Positions 14,057 to 25,935 of a DNA stretch of 64,000 bases are shown in pieces (the first letter of the stretch is position 1; every line of letters begins with the position of its first letter). Source of the DNA: Lama glama (taxonomy: Eukaryota). The position numbers and the translations under genes were made by a program. Below the pieces are notes generated by a model, which had not been told where the DNA came from, did no database searches, and worked only from the letters and a program-made list of their open reading frames with translations. Location of the stretch: the NCBI GenBank assembly GCA_028534125.1, contig CM052816.1, positions 34,040,001 through 34,104,000 of the forward strand. Direction: 5' to 3'.

Positions 14057-14545
14057 TGTGTGAGGTAGCCCCTAAGAAGGCCTCCAATGATCCCTGCTTC
14101 TAGATATTCAGGCCCTGTGTACTCCCTTCTTTTTGAGTGTGGGCTGGACTTTGTGATTCATTTTTAATGAATAGAATATGGCCGAATTGAGGGGATGCCA
14201 CTTCTAAGATTAGATTACAAAGAGATAGTGGCTTCTGTCCTGGAGACTCTCTCTCACTAGCTCTGAGGGAAGTCAGCTGCCATGTTGTCCCAACACGAGG
14301 CTTGAGTGGCAAGAAACTACAGCCATCAAGGACTGAGACTTGTGACTCACATGAATGAGCTTGAAAGTAGATCCTCCCCCAGTGAAATGTCTGCAGCCTC
14401 TGCCAACCCCTTGATTTCAGCCTTTCAAGAGACCCTGAGCCAAAGGCCAGGCCCAAATTCCTGACCCAGAAAAACTGAGATAATGAATTTTGTTGTTTTA
14501 AGCTGCCAATTTAGGGGTAATCTGTAGTAACATGTAACTATTATA
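14057..14545 (+). mobile_element. MaLR solo LTR (MLT1E/F-like)
   Basis: 'ttgagtgtgggctggactttgtgattc', 'gggaagtcagctgccatgttg', 'ttgttgttttaagctgccaatttagggg'. Confidence 0.8.
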
Positions 14546-15348
14546 AGCACTACCCAGTACTCCATGATGAGGGCCAGTAACCAACAAGCCCCCAGCAACC
14601 TACCCCTAGCTTCCCTTTGCCTTTTTACTATGTTTGCTATTAAACATGAAAAATTGAGAAAAAGGGTATGAGGGAAATTTGGAGAATGATGGGTTATGTT
14701 AATTTTCTTGAATATAATCGTGGTTCTATGGGTGTATGTGTATGCCAAAACAGATGCAGCTTTTATTGCTAACTGTACCTCAGTAAAGCTGTTAAAATAT
14801 GAATAGAGATATAAGATACACTAAATATTTGAAAAAAGACCCCACTAGACAGGGACCAAAATAAAATGTAAAAGTCACTCAGAGAAAACTGAAACAGTGC
14901 AGAAGGATAGAAGAAAAGTTAAAAAAAAATCTGTAACAATTATATCCTGAGAAATTAATGAAAAATTCTCCATCCATGAAAAAGGGAAGCTCTAAAAAAG
15001 GAATCATATGAAAAGAGAAAGAGTTTGCAGAAATTAAAAAGATAATAGTGGAAGCTAAAAATTCAACAGAAGGTTTGGAAGATAAAGTTGAAGGAGAGAT
15101 CTCTCAGAAAATATGAGAAAGACAAAAAGGAAGAAAATGGGAATAAGAAGGTAAGAAAATTAGAGGCACAGTTCTGGAGGCCTAACATTTGAATAAAGGG
15201 AATCCTGGGAGTGGAGGAGCAAACCAAGAAGACAAAGGGGAATTATTTATCAGTGATTTTTTTTTTTTAATCTGAAGAACTAAAGACACGTTTAAGGGGC
15301 CCAAACAGTGCTGAAAAGTAAATTTAAAAACACCTACTGAAGGCAGTT

Positions 15349-15903
15349 TGTATTAGTTATCCATTGCTATGTAATAAATGAAATGTAGCAACCAAAATTT
15401 ATATTTCTCATCTCACAGTTTCACGGAGTCAGGATTCCAGACATAACTTACCTACGCTCACTGCTTTAGAGTTGCTCGCAAGGCTGCAATCAAGGTGTTG
15501 GCCAAGACTAGGGGCTCATCTGAAGGCAAACTGGGGGAAGAGTCCACTTCCAAGATTACTCACAAATTAGGCAGGATTTAACCTTGTGGGTTATTAGACT
15601 AGAATTTCAAAAACTTGCTGGCTTTTGGACATAGACCATCCTTAGTCACTTGCCCTGTAGACTTCTCCAGCATGGCAACTTGATTTACCAAAGCATAAAT
15701 GCCAAGTAGGCAAGAGAGAGTGTTTGCTAACAAGACAGAAGTCACACCTAATCACGGAAATGATGATATCCCATTACCTTTGTCATATTCTGTTGGTTAG
15801 AAGAAAGTCATGGGCCAGCCCATACTTAAGATAGAAGTACACAAGGCATGAGTACTAGGAGGTGGTGACTATTGGGAGCCATCCTGGAAATCTGTCTACC
15901 ACA
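15349..15903 (-). mobile_element. MaLR solo LTR (MLT1F-like)
   Basis: TG...CA ends (tgtattagttatccattgct ... tctaccaca) and 'aaggctgcaatcaaggtgttggcc'. Confidence 0.8.
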
Positions 15904-16033
15904 TAATTCATTGTGAAAATGGAAAAACTAAGGAAAACGGAAACTTAAAACTTCCTGTAACAGAGAACCATTAGCAATCATAAAATATTTAATGTATTTC
16001 TTTGTTTTTCTCAGGACACCCTTGCAGTTAGAT

Positions 16034-16232
16034 TAGTGGTTCTTAACCAGGAGTGATTTTGCCTCTTGGCAATATTAATAACTTTTGGTTGTTACAAGTC
16101 GGGGGTGATACTGCCATCTAGTGGGCAAAAGCCAGGCATGTTGCTGAATATCCTACAACATACAGGACAACATGCCACAGCATAGTAGTATCTAGTCCAA
16201 ATGTCAACATGGTCAAAGTTTAGAAACCCTGG
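16034..16232 (+). mobile_element. MER20 (hAT-Charlie MITE)
   Basis: Termini (c/t)agtggttcttaacc ... tttagaaaccctg, about 200 bp long, with a degenerate 8-bp TSD (agttagat / ggttagaa). Confidence 0.85.
16109..16127 (-). promoter_or_regulatory. CTCF-like motif inside MER20
   Basis: Reverse complement TGCCCACTAGATGGCAGTA fits the CTCF core CCAC/TAGRKGGCR. Binding is not shown. Confidence 0.5.
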
Positions 16233-16239
16233 GGTTAGA

Positions 16240-16525
16240 ATTATGTATTTTTTGCCAAGTATCATGAGCAGAAGTGATATGACACTTCTGAGCCAAAGCA
16301 ATTAAAAACTTGTGTCTTTCCTCCCAAGCCTTTCTTCCCCTGTCAGAGTTAACTTGAAAGCCACATGTTGAGATGGTGGCATTACAAGATGGAAAGAGCC
16401 TGAATTCCTGGGTCACCAGATGGACTGATAACTGTATCAGACTTTATGTGAGAAAGAAATAAGCATTTGTTTTGTTAATTGTGATTTCAGCATTTGTCTA
16501 TTAAGAAAATTAGCAATACATATCT
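16240..16525 (+). mobile_element. MaLR LTR (MLT1I/J-like)
   Basis: 'gagcagaagtgatatgacacttctgagccaaagc', 'acaagatggaaagagcctgaattcctgggtcacc', 'gtgagaaagaaataagc'. Confidence 0.75.
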
Positions 16526-19500
16526 TAAATAATTCAGCTCCTGAGAGAAAAAACAGGCTACACAAGTACCTCAGTATCAGGATGGCATCAGATGCCACAA
16601 AACCCAGCATCAGACACAAGAAGGCAGTGGAGTAGTTCCTTAATGCACTGTGGGACAATATCTACTCTAAACTCATAAATGTCCATTGGTATTTAAATAT
16701 ATTTGGTTTATAACATTGGGAAAATAGGTAATAAGGTTTCATATAAAATTTATCTCAATCTATGCTGTTCTTCAACTTGAGTATGGTCCAGATAATAAAT
16801 GACATATGAATATACCTCCGCTTCAATTTATTAAATGTAAGGGTAGAATAAAGACATCTTCAAATTATTTACTTTCTAGTCATCATGTCTTAAGAGTCGT
16901 TCCCCAAATGAAGGAATAAATCAAGAAAAAGAAGTAGAAAACAGTGGATTCAGAAAACACTGTTCCCAACAGAGAAGAGTAACCAGGAGGCTTCCCAGGA
17001 TGACAGTGATACAGCAGGCCTTAACAGGCTCCAACTGGTGTATGAAAATACCTATATCCAACATGTTCAAAACAGAAGTTATCACTTGTTCTCCATCCAT
17101 CCTGTGTCCCTAAATGGGCTCCTTGATACAAGTGCTCGGTTAAGTTTTAGGAAACTATTCTCACTAAGTACACTAACTCATATTTACCCTTCCAGTTTTG
17201 TTTTAGAGGTGTTCTTGGAACTGTACCTCTGCCTTGGGGGCATGTTATATTTTCTCCTGCTTTGTGAAACCATATCCGTAAGTTTCTATAAGCTGCCCTT
17301 AAAGGAACTTAACTTCCTTTTACTATGTCTTTTGGCATCTTTCAGTCAATCACATCACAATCCTGTTGTGATAACCATAAGTGTCTAAAATGAGATTAAT
17401 GAAAAGACTCGACTCTAATGACTGAATTGATTTAGGAGATTGTAGATAAAGTAGAAGATGTATCTACAATGCTAGGGTAGCCGAGGACCATCCTTGGCTC
17501 AGGATTGCAAAAATTTATATCTGCAAATGAAGAAATGTTTCAGTGAACATGCCATGAAATTTTAGAAGTTAAAATTCAAAAAGCCTTGACTTTGAGTTCC
17601 TTAGTTGTTCGGTAAGCTCTAGTCAATGTGAAAGCAACACCTGAAACTTTCCAGCATGCCACTGTATATGGGAATCACTAAATGAATAGTCTGGCTGACA
17701 AGGAAAAATGAGACTGAAACAGTAGAAACTGATGTCTGAAACAGACGGGATCACTGGGAATGGCAGAAGCCCAAGGACCCTGGAGCCTTCCTTGACTGGC
17801 AGTTCTTCATGCCAGGAAGAAATGGGATCACTGCCCAGGCTGAAGATGTTGGAAGGATGAGAGCAGAACAATTTTTTAACTCTCACTGAGCAGACTGTAT
17901 TCACAGAATGTGTTAACATGCAGGAGCTAGAAAACAATAGCAGCTAAATAGATTGATATTTTTAATGTGGGATCAAGTAATGGTAATGGTAATAGTCAAG
18001 TTGAGAACAATTCTTTCTTAAAAGAAGCCAAGGAGATTTATTTGGTGTTAGTTTTTTTTTTTTAAACCCTTTGGACAACTTTTTAATAAATATCTGTGCT
18101 TTTAAATCTTGTTCCTTACAGGAAGCTATGATCTTGAGGCTGTATGATTTGGGCAAGCTAATTATGGTAAAAGAAAATTAAAATAATGTTCCAAGCACAC
18201 TCAGTTATGATTTGCTGTTTGAGCCAATCACCCTTCCAAAATGGAAAATTAACATTATTTATCTCATTATTAACATAATTGAGATAAAAATTTTCCATTC
18301 ATGTGCCCAGAAAATTATTTTTTTTTAACCTCCTGCTTTAAAGATGTATGACAGATTAAATCTGACCAGGTGGGGTTCTGAGTGTGAAAGTTATGGTTAA
18401 ATGTGTCCCTAAGGATATGAAACTTTTAGTTTCCAGAATGATTCATGCTTCTTAAGAATACTGGATTAAAGTGAAATTGGGAAAAATGCTACAGAAGTAT
18501 TAATAGACAGTTCTATTTAAGATATAACTTTATATGCAATCAAAGTTAGGTTGTCATCAGCTTAAAATTGACTACTATATTAACTACTATATTAATAAGA
18601 TGCTTTATACAAGTCTCATGGTAACCACAAAGCAAGAGAAGTGAATCAAAGCGTACCAATACAGAAAAGGCTTGATTCACAAAGAAAGATAGCACGAGGG
18701 GAGGAAAAGAGCAAAGGAACTACTGAGCAGCCAAGAACAATAAAAGGCGGAATTAGAACATACCTACCCAAAAATAGTTGCTTTAAAAGTAGATGTACTA
18801 AATTCTCCTATCAAAAAATATGGAGTAGTTGAGTGGATTAAACAACAACAACAAAAGACTCAACTATATGCTGCTTAGAAGAGACTCCCTTCAGTTCTAA
18901 GGATATCTAAAAACTCAAAGGAATAGAAAAAGATATTCCATGGAGTGAAATAAAAAAAGAGAACAAGGATAGCTATACTTACTTTTGAAAAAACAGACTT
19001 TAAGTCAAAAACTGTAACAAGAGACAAAGAAGGTCATTATATAATGACAAAGGGGTCAGTTTATCAAAAGGATATAACTATTGTACATATACATGCACCC
19101 AACATTGGAGCACTAAAATATATTCAGCAACTGCTAACAGATCTGAAGGGAAAAACTGACCATACAATAATAATAGGAAACTTCAATATCTCACTTTCAA
19201 CAATGGATAGAACATTCTGGAACATAAAAAGAAACACTGGACTTATTACACTCTATACCAAATGGACTTTATATAAACATTCCAACCAACAAAAGCAGAA
19301 TACACGTTTTTCTCAAGTACACATGGAACATTCTCCAGGATAGATCATATATTAGGCCACAAAAAGGTCTTAGCAAATTTAAGAGAATTGGAATCCTACC
19401 AAGTACTTTTCTAAAAACAGTGTAATAAAACTAGAAATCAATAACAAGAGAAAAACTGGAAATTCACAAATTAAACAACATTCTTCTGAATGAAAAATGA

Positions 19501-20674
19501 AAAAAATCAAATGAAAAGTTTTTAAATGCCTTGAAACAAATTAAAATGGAAACACAGCATACCAAAATTTATATGATTCAGCAAAAGCATCTCCAAGAGG
19601 GAAGGTTATAGTCATTAGCATTGATATTAAGAAAAAAATATCAAATAAACAACCTAACTTTATAGTTCAAGCTAGAAAAATACAACAAAAAGGCTAGATT
19701 TAGCAGAAGCAAGGAAATAACAAAGATCAGAGTAGAAATAGATGAAACAGAGATGGGAAAACACTAGGAAAGATCAATGAAACTAAGAGCTACTTTTTGA
19801 AAGAGATAAAATTGACAAATCTTTATCTAGATTTCCCAAGGAGGGAGAAAAAGAGAATACTCAAATAAAATAAGAAAAGCCATTATAATAGATAGCACAG
19901 AAATACAAAGAATCATAAAAGGCTACTATGAACAATTATGCCAACAAATTGGATAAACTAGAAGAAATGGATACATTCCCTAGAATCATTAAACCTACCA
20001 AGAATGAATCATGAAGAAACATAAAATCGAAACAGATGAATAACAAGCAATGTGACGGATTAGTAATCAAAAAATCAAAAACTCCCAGCAAAGAAAATCC
20101 CAAGACTAAATGACTTCATTGGTTAATTCTACACAATTTTTTTAACATTTTAAATCAACTGTACTTCAATTAAAAAGCAAGCAACCAACCAACCAACCCA
20201 TTGAAAATATGGGCAGAAGAACTGAAGAGACATTTTTCCAAAAGACGAGATGCAGATGGCCAACAGGAACATGAAAAGTTGCTTAACATCACTAATATTA
20301 GGGAAATGCAAATCAAAATCACAATGAGACATCATCTCACACCTTCCAGAATGTCCATCAACAAAAAGAACACAAATAACAAATGTTACCAATAATGTGG
20401 AGAAAATTTACCCTTTTGTACACTCTTAGTGGGGGTGTAAATTGGTGCAAATTCTAGCAAAACTTAAAGAATTAATTCCATTCCTTCTTAAACCCTTCTA
20501 AAAGACTGAAAAGGAGAGAATATTCTCAAACTCATTTTATGACACCAGCATTACCCTGATACCAAACTCAGATAAGGATGCTACAAGAAGAGAGAAGTAC
20601 AGGCTACTTACCCTGATGAGTACAGATGCAAAAATTCTCAACAAAATATTAGCAAACCAAATTCAACATCAGAG

Positions 20675-23600
20675 TGAAAGGAACTGGGCCAAGATGGCAG
20701 AGTAGGAAGACCCTGAGCTCACTTCCCCTCGTGAGCATGCCAAAATCATATTTGCAGAACCACCACTGATGAAAAAGACTAGAACCTACCAGAAAAGATC
20801 TTCTACAGCTGAAAACATAAAGAAGAAACCACAATAAGATGGATAGGAGGAGGGAACTTGCAATATAGTCAAGTCCCATATCCCTGCATGGGTGATCCAC
20901 AAACCAGAGAATAATTACTTTGCAGAGGTTCTCCCGTAGGAGTGAGTTCTGAGCCCCAAGTTGGGCTCCCCAGCAGGTGGGTCCTACACCTGGAAGACGA
21001 GCCCCCCAGATCATTTGGCTTTGAAGGTCAGGGGGCTTAATTTCAGGAGTCCAAATGGACTGGAGGAAATGAAGACTTCACTCTTAAAGGGCACACACAA
21101 AATCACACAAACTCCAGGACCCAGGGCAGAAATAGTAGTTTGATGGAAGCCTGGGCCAGATCTACCTTCTGGTTTAGAGAATCTTCTGGAGAAGGAGGAG
21201 GCAACTGCAGTTCACCCTGACAGAGATACTGGCAGCAGCCATTCTTAGGAGCTCCTTCTACCATATGGACATTGGTGCTGGTGGACACCATTGTGGAATC
21301 CTCCATCTAGCTCATCAGCACCAACATCTGGCCCTACCCAACAGCCTGTAGGCACCAGTGCCGGACTCCACATCCAACTGTGTCAGGATCTGCCCCCACC
21401 CCCAACAGCAATTTGACACCAGCTCTGAGATCTCTGGGCTTTTCAACCAGACTCCAGGGTCCAGCTCTGCCTACGAGTAGTCCAGCACTAATCCCAGGAC
21501 ATGGCTTCACCCACCGTGGGCAGGCAATAGCCCTGAGTCTCCTGGACCCTGAATTCACCCACTTCACCAGTGAGCCAGCACTTGCCCTCTGGTGTTTTAC
21601 AGCCAGCTGTCTTGTGACCCAGCCCTATGAACCAGTGGTTGGCAGCCTCTGCACAAGGCTGTGCCTGGCAACCAACTGGACCAGGAACCAACCAACCCTA
21701 CTAGACTGCCCACATATCAGCCCACCACAACAGAAGGACCCATACAGCCCTCATAGAGAGAACCCCTAGAGCATCTAGGTCAGGTAACAAGAGGAGTGTG
21801 TGCTGCTGGGATGCACAGAACATCTTCTGCAGAAGGCTACTTCTCTATGGTCAGGAAATATAACTAACCTACCAGATACTCAAATATACAAACAGCAACT
21901 GAGGCAAAGTGAGGTGACAGGAATATGTTCAAGATAAAGATAAAGGAACAAGCTAAAACCCCAGAAGAAGAACTAAGTGAACTGGAGGTAGGCAGTCTAC
22001 TCAAGAAAGATTTCAGGGTAGTGATAGTAAAGATGATCAAAGAACTCGGGAGAAGGATGGATGCACAGAGCAAGAAGTTAGAAGTTTTTCACAAAGAGTT
22101 AGACAATACAAAGAATGACCAGAGATGAAGAATGAAAAGTTCCCTAACAGGGGAAAGGAAATGGTGATCCAGTTCCAGCAAGCACAGAGAGTCCAATACA
22201 CAATTAATGCAAAGAGGAACACACATCAAGAAACACTGTAATTAAAATGGCAAAAAATAAAGGTAAAGAAAATATTAAAAGCAGCAAGGTAAAAGTAACA
22301 AATAACATACAGGAAACTCCCATAAGGCTATCAGATGAATTTTTAGCAGAAGCTCAATAGTCCAGAACAGACTGGCATGATATATTTAAAGTAATAAAAG
22401 GGGGAAAAAAAACTACAACCAAGAATACTGTACCCAGCAAGGTTCTCATTCAAATCTGATGGAGAGATTAAAAGGTTTTCTAACAAGCAAAAGTTAAAAG
22501 GGTTCAGCACCACTAAACCAGCTTTATAACAATTGTTAAAGAAACACTTTTAAACAAAAAAGAAAGGACCACAGCTAGAACCATGAAAATTATGAAAAGA
22601 AAAAGCTCATTGGTAAGTGGAAACATACAGTAAAGGTAAGAAATTGTGCATCCAAGCATACCTCAGGAAGAAACCATAAAGACTGGAGCAAAAATAAATG
22701 AAACAGAGACTAAGAAAATAATAGAGAAGACTAATGAAGCAAAAACTGGTTCTTTGAAAAGATAGACAAAATTCATAAATGTTTAGCCAGGCTTGTTATG
22801 AAAAAAAAGGGAGAGGGCCCAAATTAATAAAATCAGAAATGAAAAAGAAGCTATAACTGGCATCACAAAATACAATCATAAGAGATTATTATGAACAAAT
22901 ATGTGCTGATAAAATGGACAACCTAGAAGAAATGGACAAATTCTTAGAAAGGCACAATCTCCCAAGATTGAACCAGGAAGAAACAGAAAACATGAGCAGA
23001 CTAATTACCAGTAATGAAATTGAATTGGTAATTTAAAAACTCCAAACAAATAAAAGTCCAGGACCAGACGGCTTCACAGAATTCTACCTAACATTTAGGG
23101 AAGAGTTACACCATATCTTTCTCAAACTATTCCAAAAAGAATTGCAGAGGAGGAAACACTTCTGAATTCATTCTATGAGGCCACCCTCACCCTGATACCA
23201 AAACCAGGTAATGATATCACACACAAAAAAGAAAATTACAGGCCAGTATCACTGATGAACAGAGATACAAAAATCCTCAACAAAATATTAGCCAATTGAA
23301 TCCAACAATATATTAAAAGGCTCAGACACCATGATCAAGTGGGATTTGTCGCAGGAATGCAAGAAGTTTTCAGTATCTGCAAATCAATCAATGTGATATA
23401 CCACATTAACAAATTTAAGAATAAAACCCTTATGTTCATCTCAATAGATGTAGAAAAAGCTTTCGATAAAATTTAGCATCGATTTATGTTGAAAACTCTC
23501 CAGAAAGTGGGCATAGAGGAAAAATACCTCAATATATTAAAGGCCATATATGACAAACCCACAGCTAACATCATACTCAATCATGAAAAGCTGAAAGTAT

Positions 23601-25935
23601 TTCCTCTAAGATCAAAAACAAGACAGGGATGCCCACTCTTGCCACTTCTATTTAACACAGTATTGAATGTAATAAGAGTATACATATCAGTAATTACCTT
23701 AAATGTAAATGGACTAAATGCTCCAAACAAAACACACAGAGTAGCTGAATGGAGAAAATTAAGACCACAGCTAACATCATATTCACTGGTGAAAAGCTGA
23801 AAGTACTTCCTCTAAGATCAAGAACAAGATAAGGATGCCCACTCCTGCCACTTTTATTCAACACAGTATTAGAAGTCCTAGTCACAGCAATCAGAGAAGA
23901 AAAAGAAGTAAAAGGAATCTAAATTGAAAGGAAAGGAGTAAAACTGTCACTGTTTGCAGATGACATGATTCTATACATAGAGAATGCTAAAGATGCCACC
24001 AGAAAATGACTAGGGCTTATTAATGAATTCAGTGAAGTTACAAAACACAAAAGTAACAAAGAAGTCTGTTGCATGTCTATACACTAACAGCAAAGTATTA
24101 GGAAGAGAAATTAAGGAAGTAATTCCATTTATCATCACATCAAAAAGAATTAAATACCGAGGAATAAACCCACCTGAGGAGGGAAAAAACTGTACTCAGA
24201 AAATTACAAAACACTGATGAAAGAAACTGAAGTCAACACAAACAGATGGACAGATAAACCATGTTCTTGGATTGGAAGAATTAATATTTTTTAAATGGCC
24301 ATACTTCCCAAGGCAATATACAGATTCCGTGTAATCCCTCTGAAAATACTATTGGCATTTTTGACAGAACTAGAACAAATAATTTTAAAATGTGTATGGA
24401 AACACAGAAGATCCTGAAGAGCCAAAACAGTCTTGAGAAAGAAGAACAGAGCTGGAGGACTCAGGCTCCCTGACAGTTATCAAAACAGTACAGTGCTGGC
24501 ATAAAATCAGACACATAGATCAATGAAATAGGACAGAAATGTCCACAAACTTATGGTAATTATTCTATGACAAAGGAGGCATGTATACACAATGGAGAAA
24601 ACACAGTCTCTTCAATAATTGGTGCTGGGAGAACTAGACAGCTTCATATAAAAGAATGAAGTTAGAACACTCTCTAATGCCATATACAAAAATAAAGTGG
24701 ATTAAAGACCTAAATGTAAGACTGGGAACCATAAATTTCCTAGAGCAAAACATAAGCAGAACCATCTTTGACATAAATTACAGTAACTTCTTTTTGTATC
24801 TTTCTCCTAAAGCAAAGGAAATAAAAGCAAAATTAATAAATGGGACCTATTTAAACTTAAAAATTTTGCTCATCAAAAGACAACCTACTGAATGGGAGAA
24901 AATATTTGTAATATATAAAATAGCTCATACAACTCAACATCGAAAAAACAATTCAATTAAAAATCGAGAAGCTCTGAACAGATATTTTTCCAAAAAGGAC
25001 ATTCAGATGGTCAACAGTCACAAGAAAAGATGCTCAACACCCCTAATCATCTGGAAAATGCAAATAAAAACTACAATGACATATGATCTCACACCTGTTG
25101 GAATGGCTATCATCAAAAAGAACACAAATAACAAATGTTGGCAGGCATGTGAAGAAAGGGAGCCCTGCTACACTGTGGAATGTCAGTTGATACTGTAACT
25201 ATGGAAAACAATATGGAGGTTTCTCAAAAAACTAAAAATACAACTATATGACCCAGCAATTCCACTCCTGGGTGTGTATCCAAAAACAAAACAAAACAAA
25301 CAAAAACACACACACACAAAAAAACCCAAAACACAAATTCAAAAATATACATGCATCCCAATGCTTTTGCAGCATTATTTAGAATTGCTAAGATATGGAA
25401 GCCACCTAAATGTTCATCAACACATGGATGGATAAAAAAGATGTAGTATATATGTACTATGGAATACTATTCAGCTATAAAAAAGAATGAAATTTTGCCA
25501 TTTGCAGCATGGATGGACCTGATGGATATTATACTAAATAAAATAAATCACAGAGAAAGTCAAATACTTTATGATATCACTTATATGTGGGATCTAAAAA
25601 ATGCAACAAACTAGTGAATATAACAAAACAGAAAGGGACTCACAGATTTAGAGAACAAACTACTGTTTATCAGCAAGGAGAGGGAAGGGGAAGGGGCAAG
25701 ATAGGGATGGGGTAGGGAATTACAAGGTACAAACTATTACATATAAAATAAGCTACCAGGATATATTATACAGAAGAGGACATGTAGCCAATATTTTATA
25801 ATAAGTATAAATGAAGTGTAACCTTTAAAAACTGTGAATCACTATATTATACACCTGTTACTAGTACAATATTATACATCACCTATACTTCAATAATTTT
25901 TTTTAATTTAAAATTTAAGACATAAAAATTTTAAA
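20675..25935 (+). mobile_element. Nested younger L1 (5' UTR, ORF1, partial ORF2, 3' UTR), internally deleted and rearranged, inactive
   Basis: Starts ccaagatggcagagtagg. ORF1 peptide KEQAKTPEEELSELEVGSLLKKDFRVVIVKMIKEL. RT motif as DNA 'ctgtttgcagatgacatgatt' (LFADDMI). Ends 'ctatacttcaataa' plus an A/T tail. Confidence 0.9.

Larger units (their letters stand above)
13900..17030 (+). mobile_element. HAL1 (half-L1) element fragmented by later insertions
   Basis: 'gaaagacctatagatactgatgtttgggggttcccca' followed by A-rich ORF1-like sequence (aaaattcaacagaaggtttggaagataaagttgaagg) that resumes on each side of the LTR and MER20 inserts. Confidence 0.6.
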
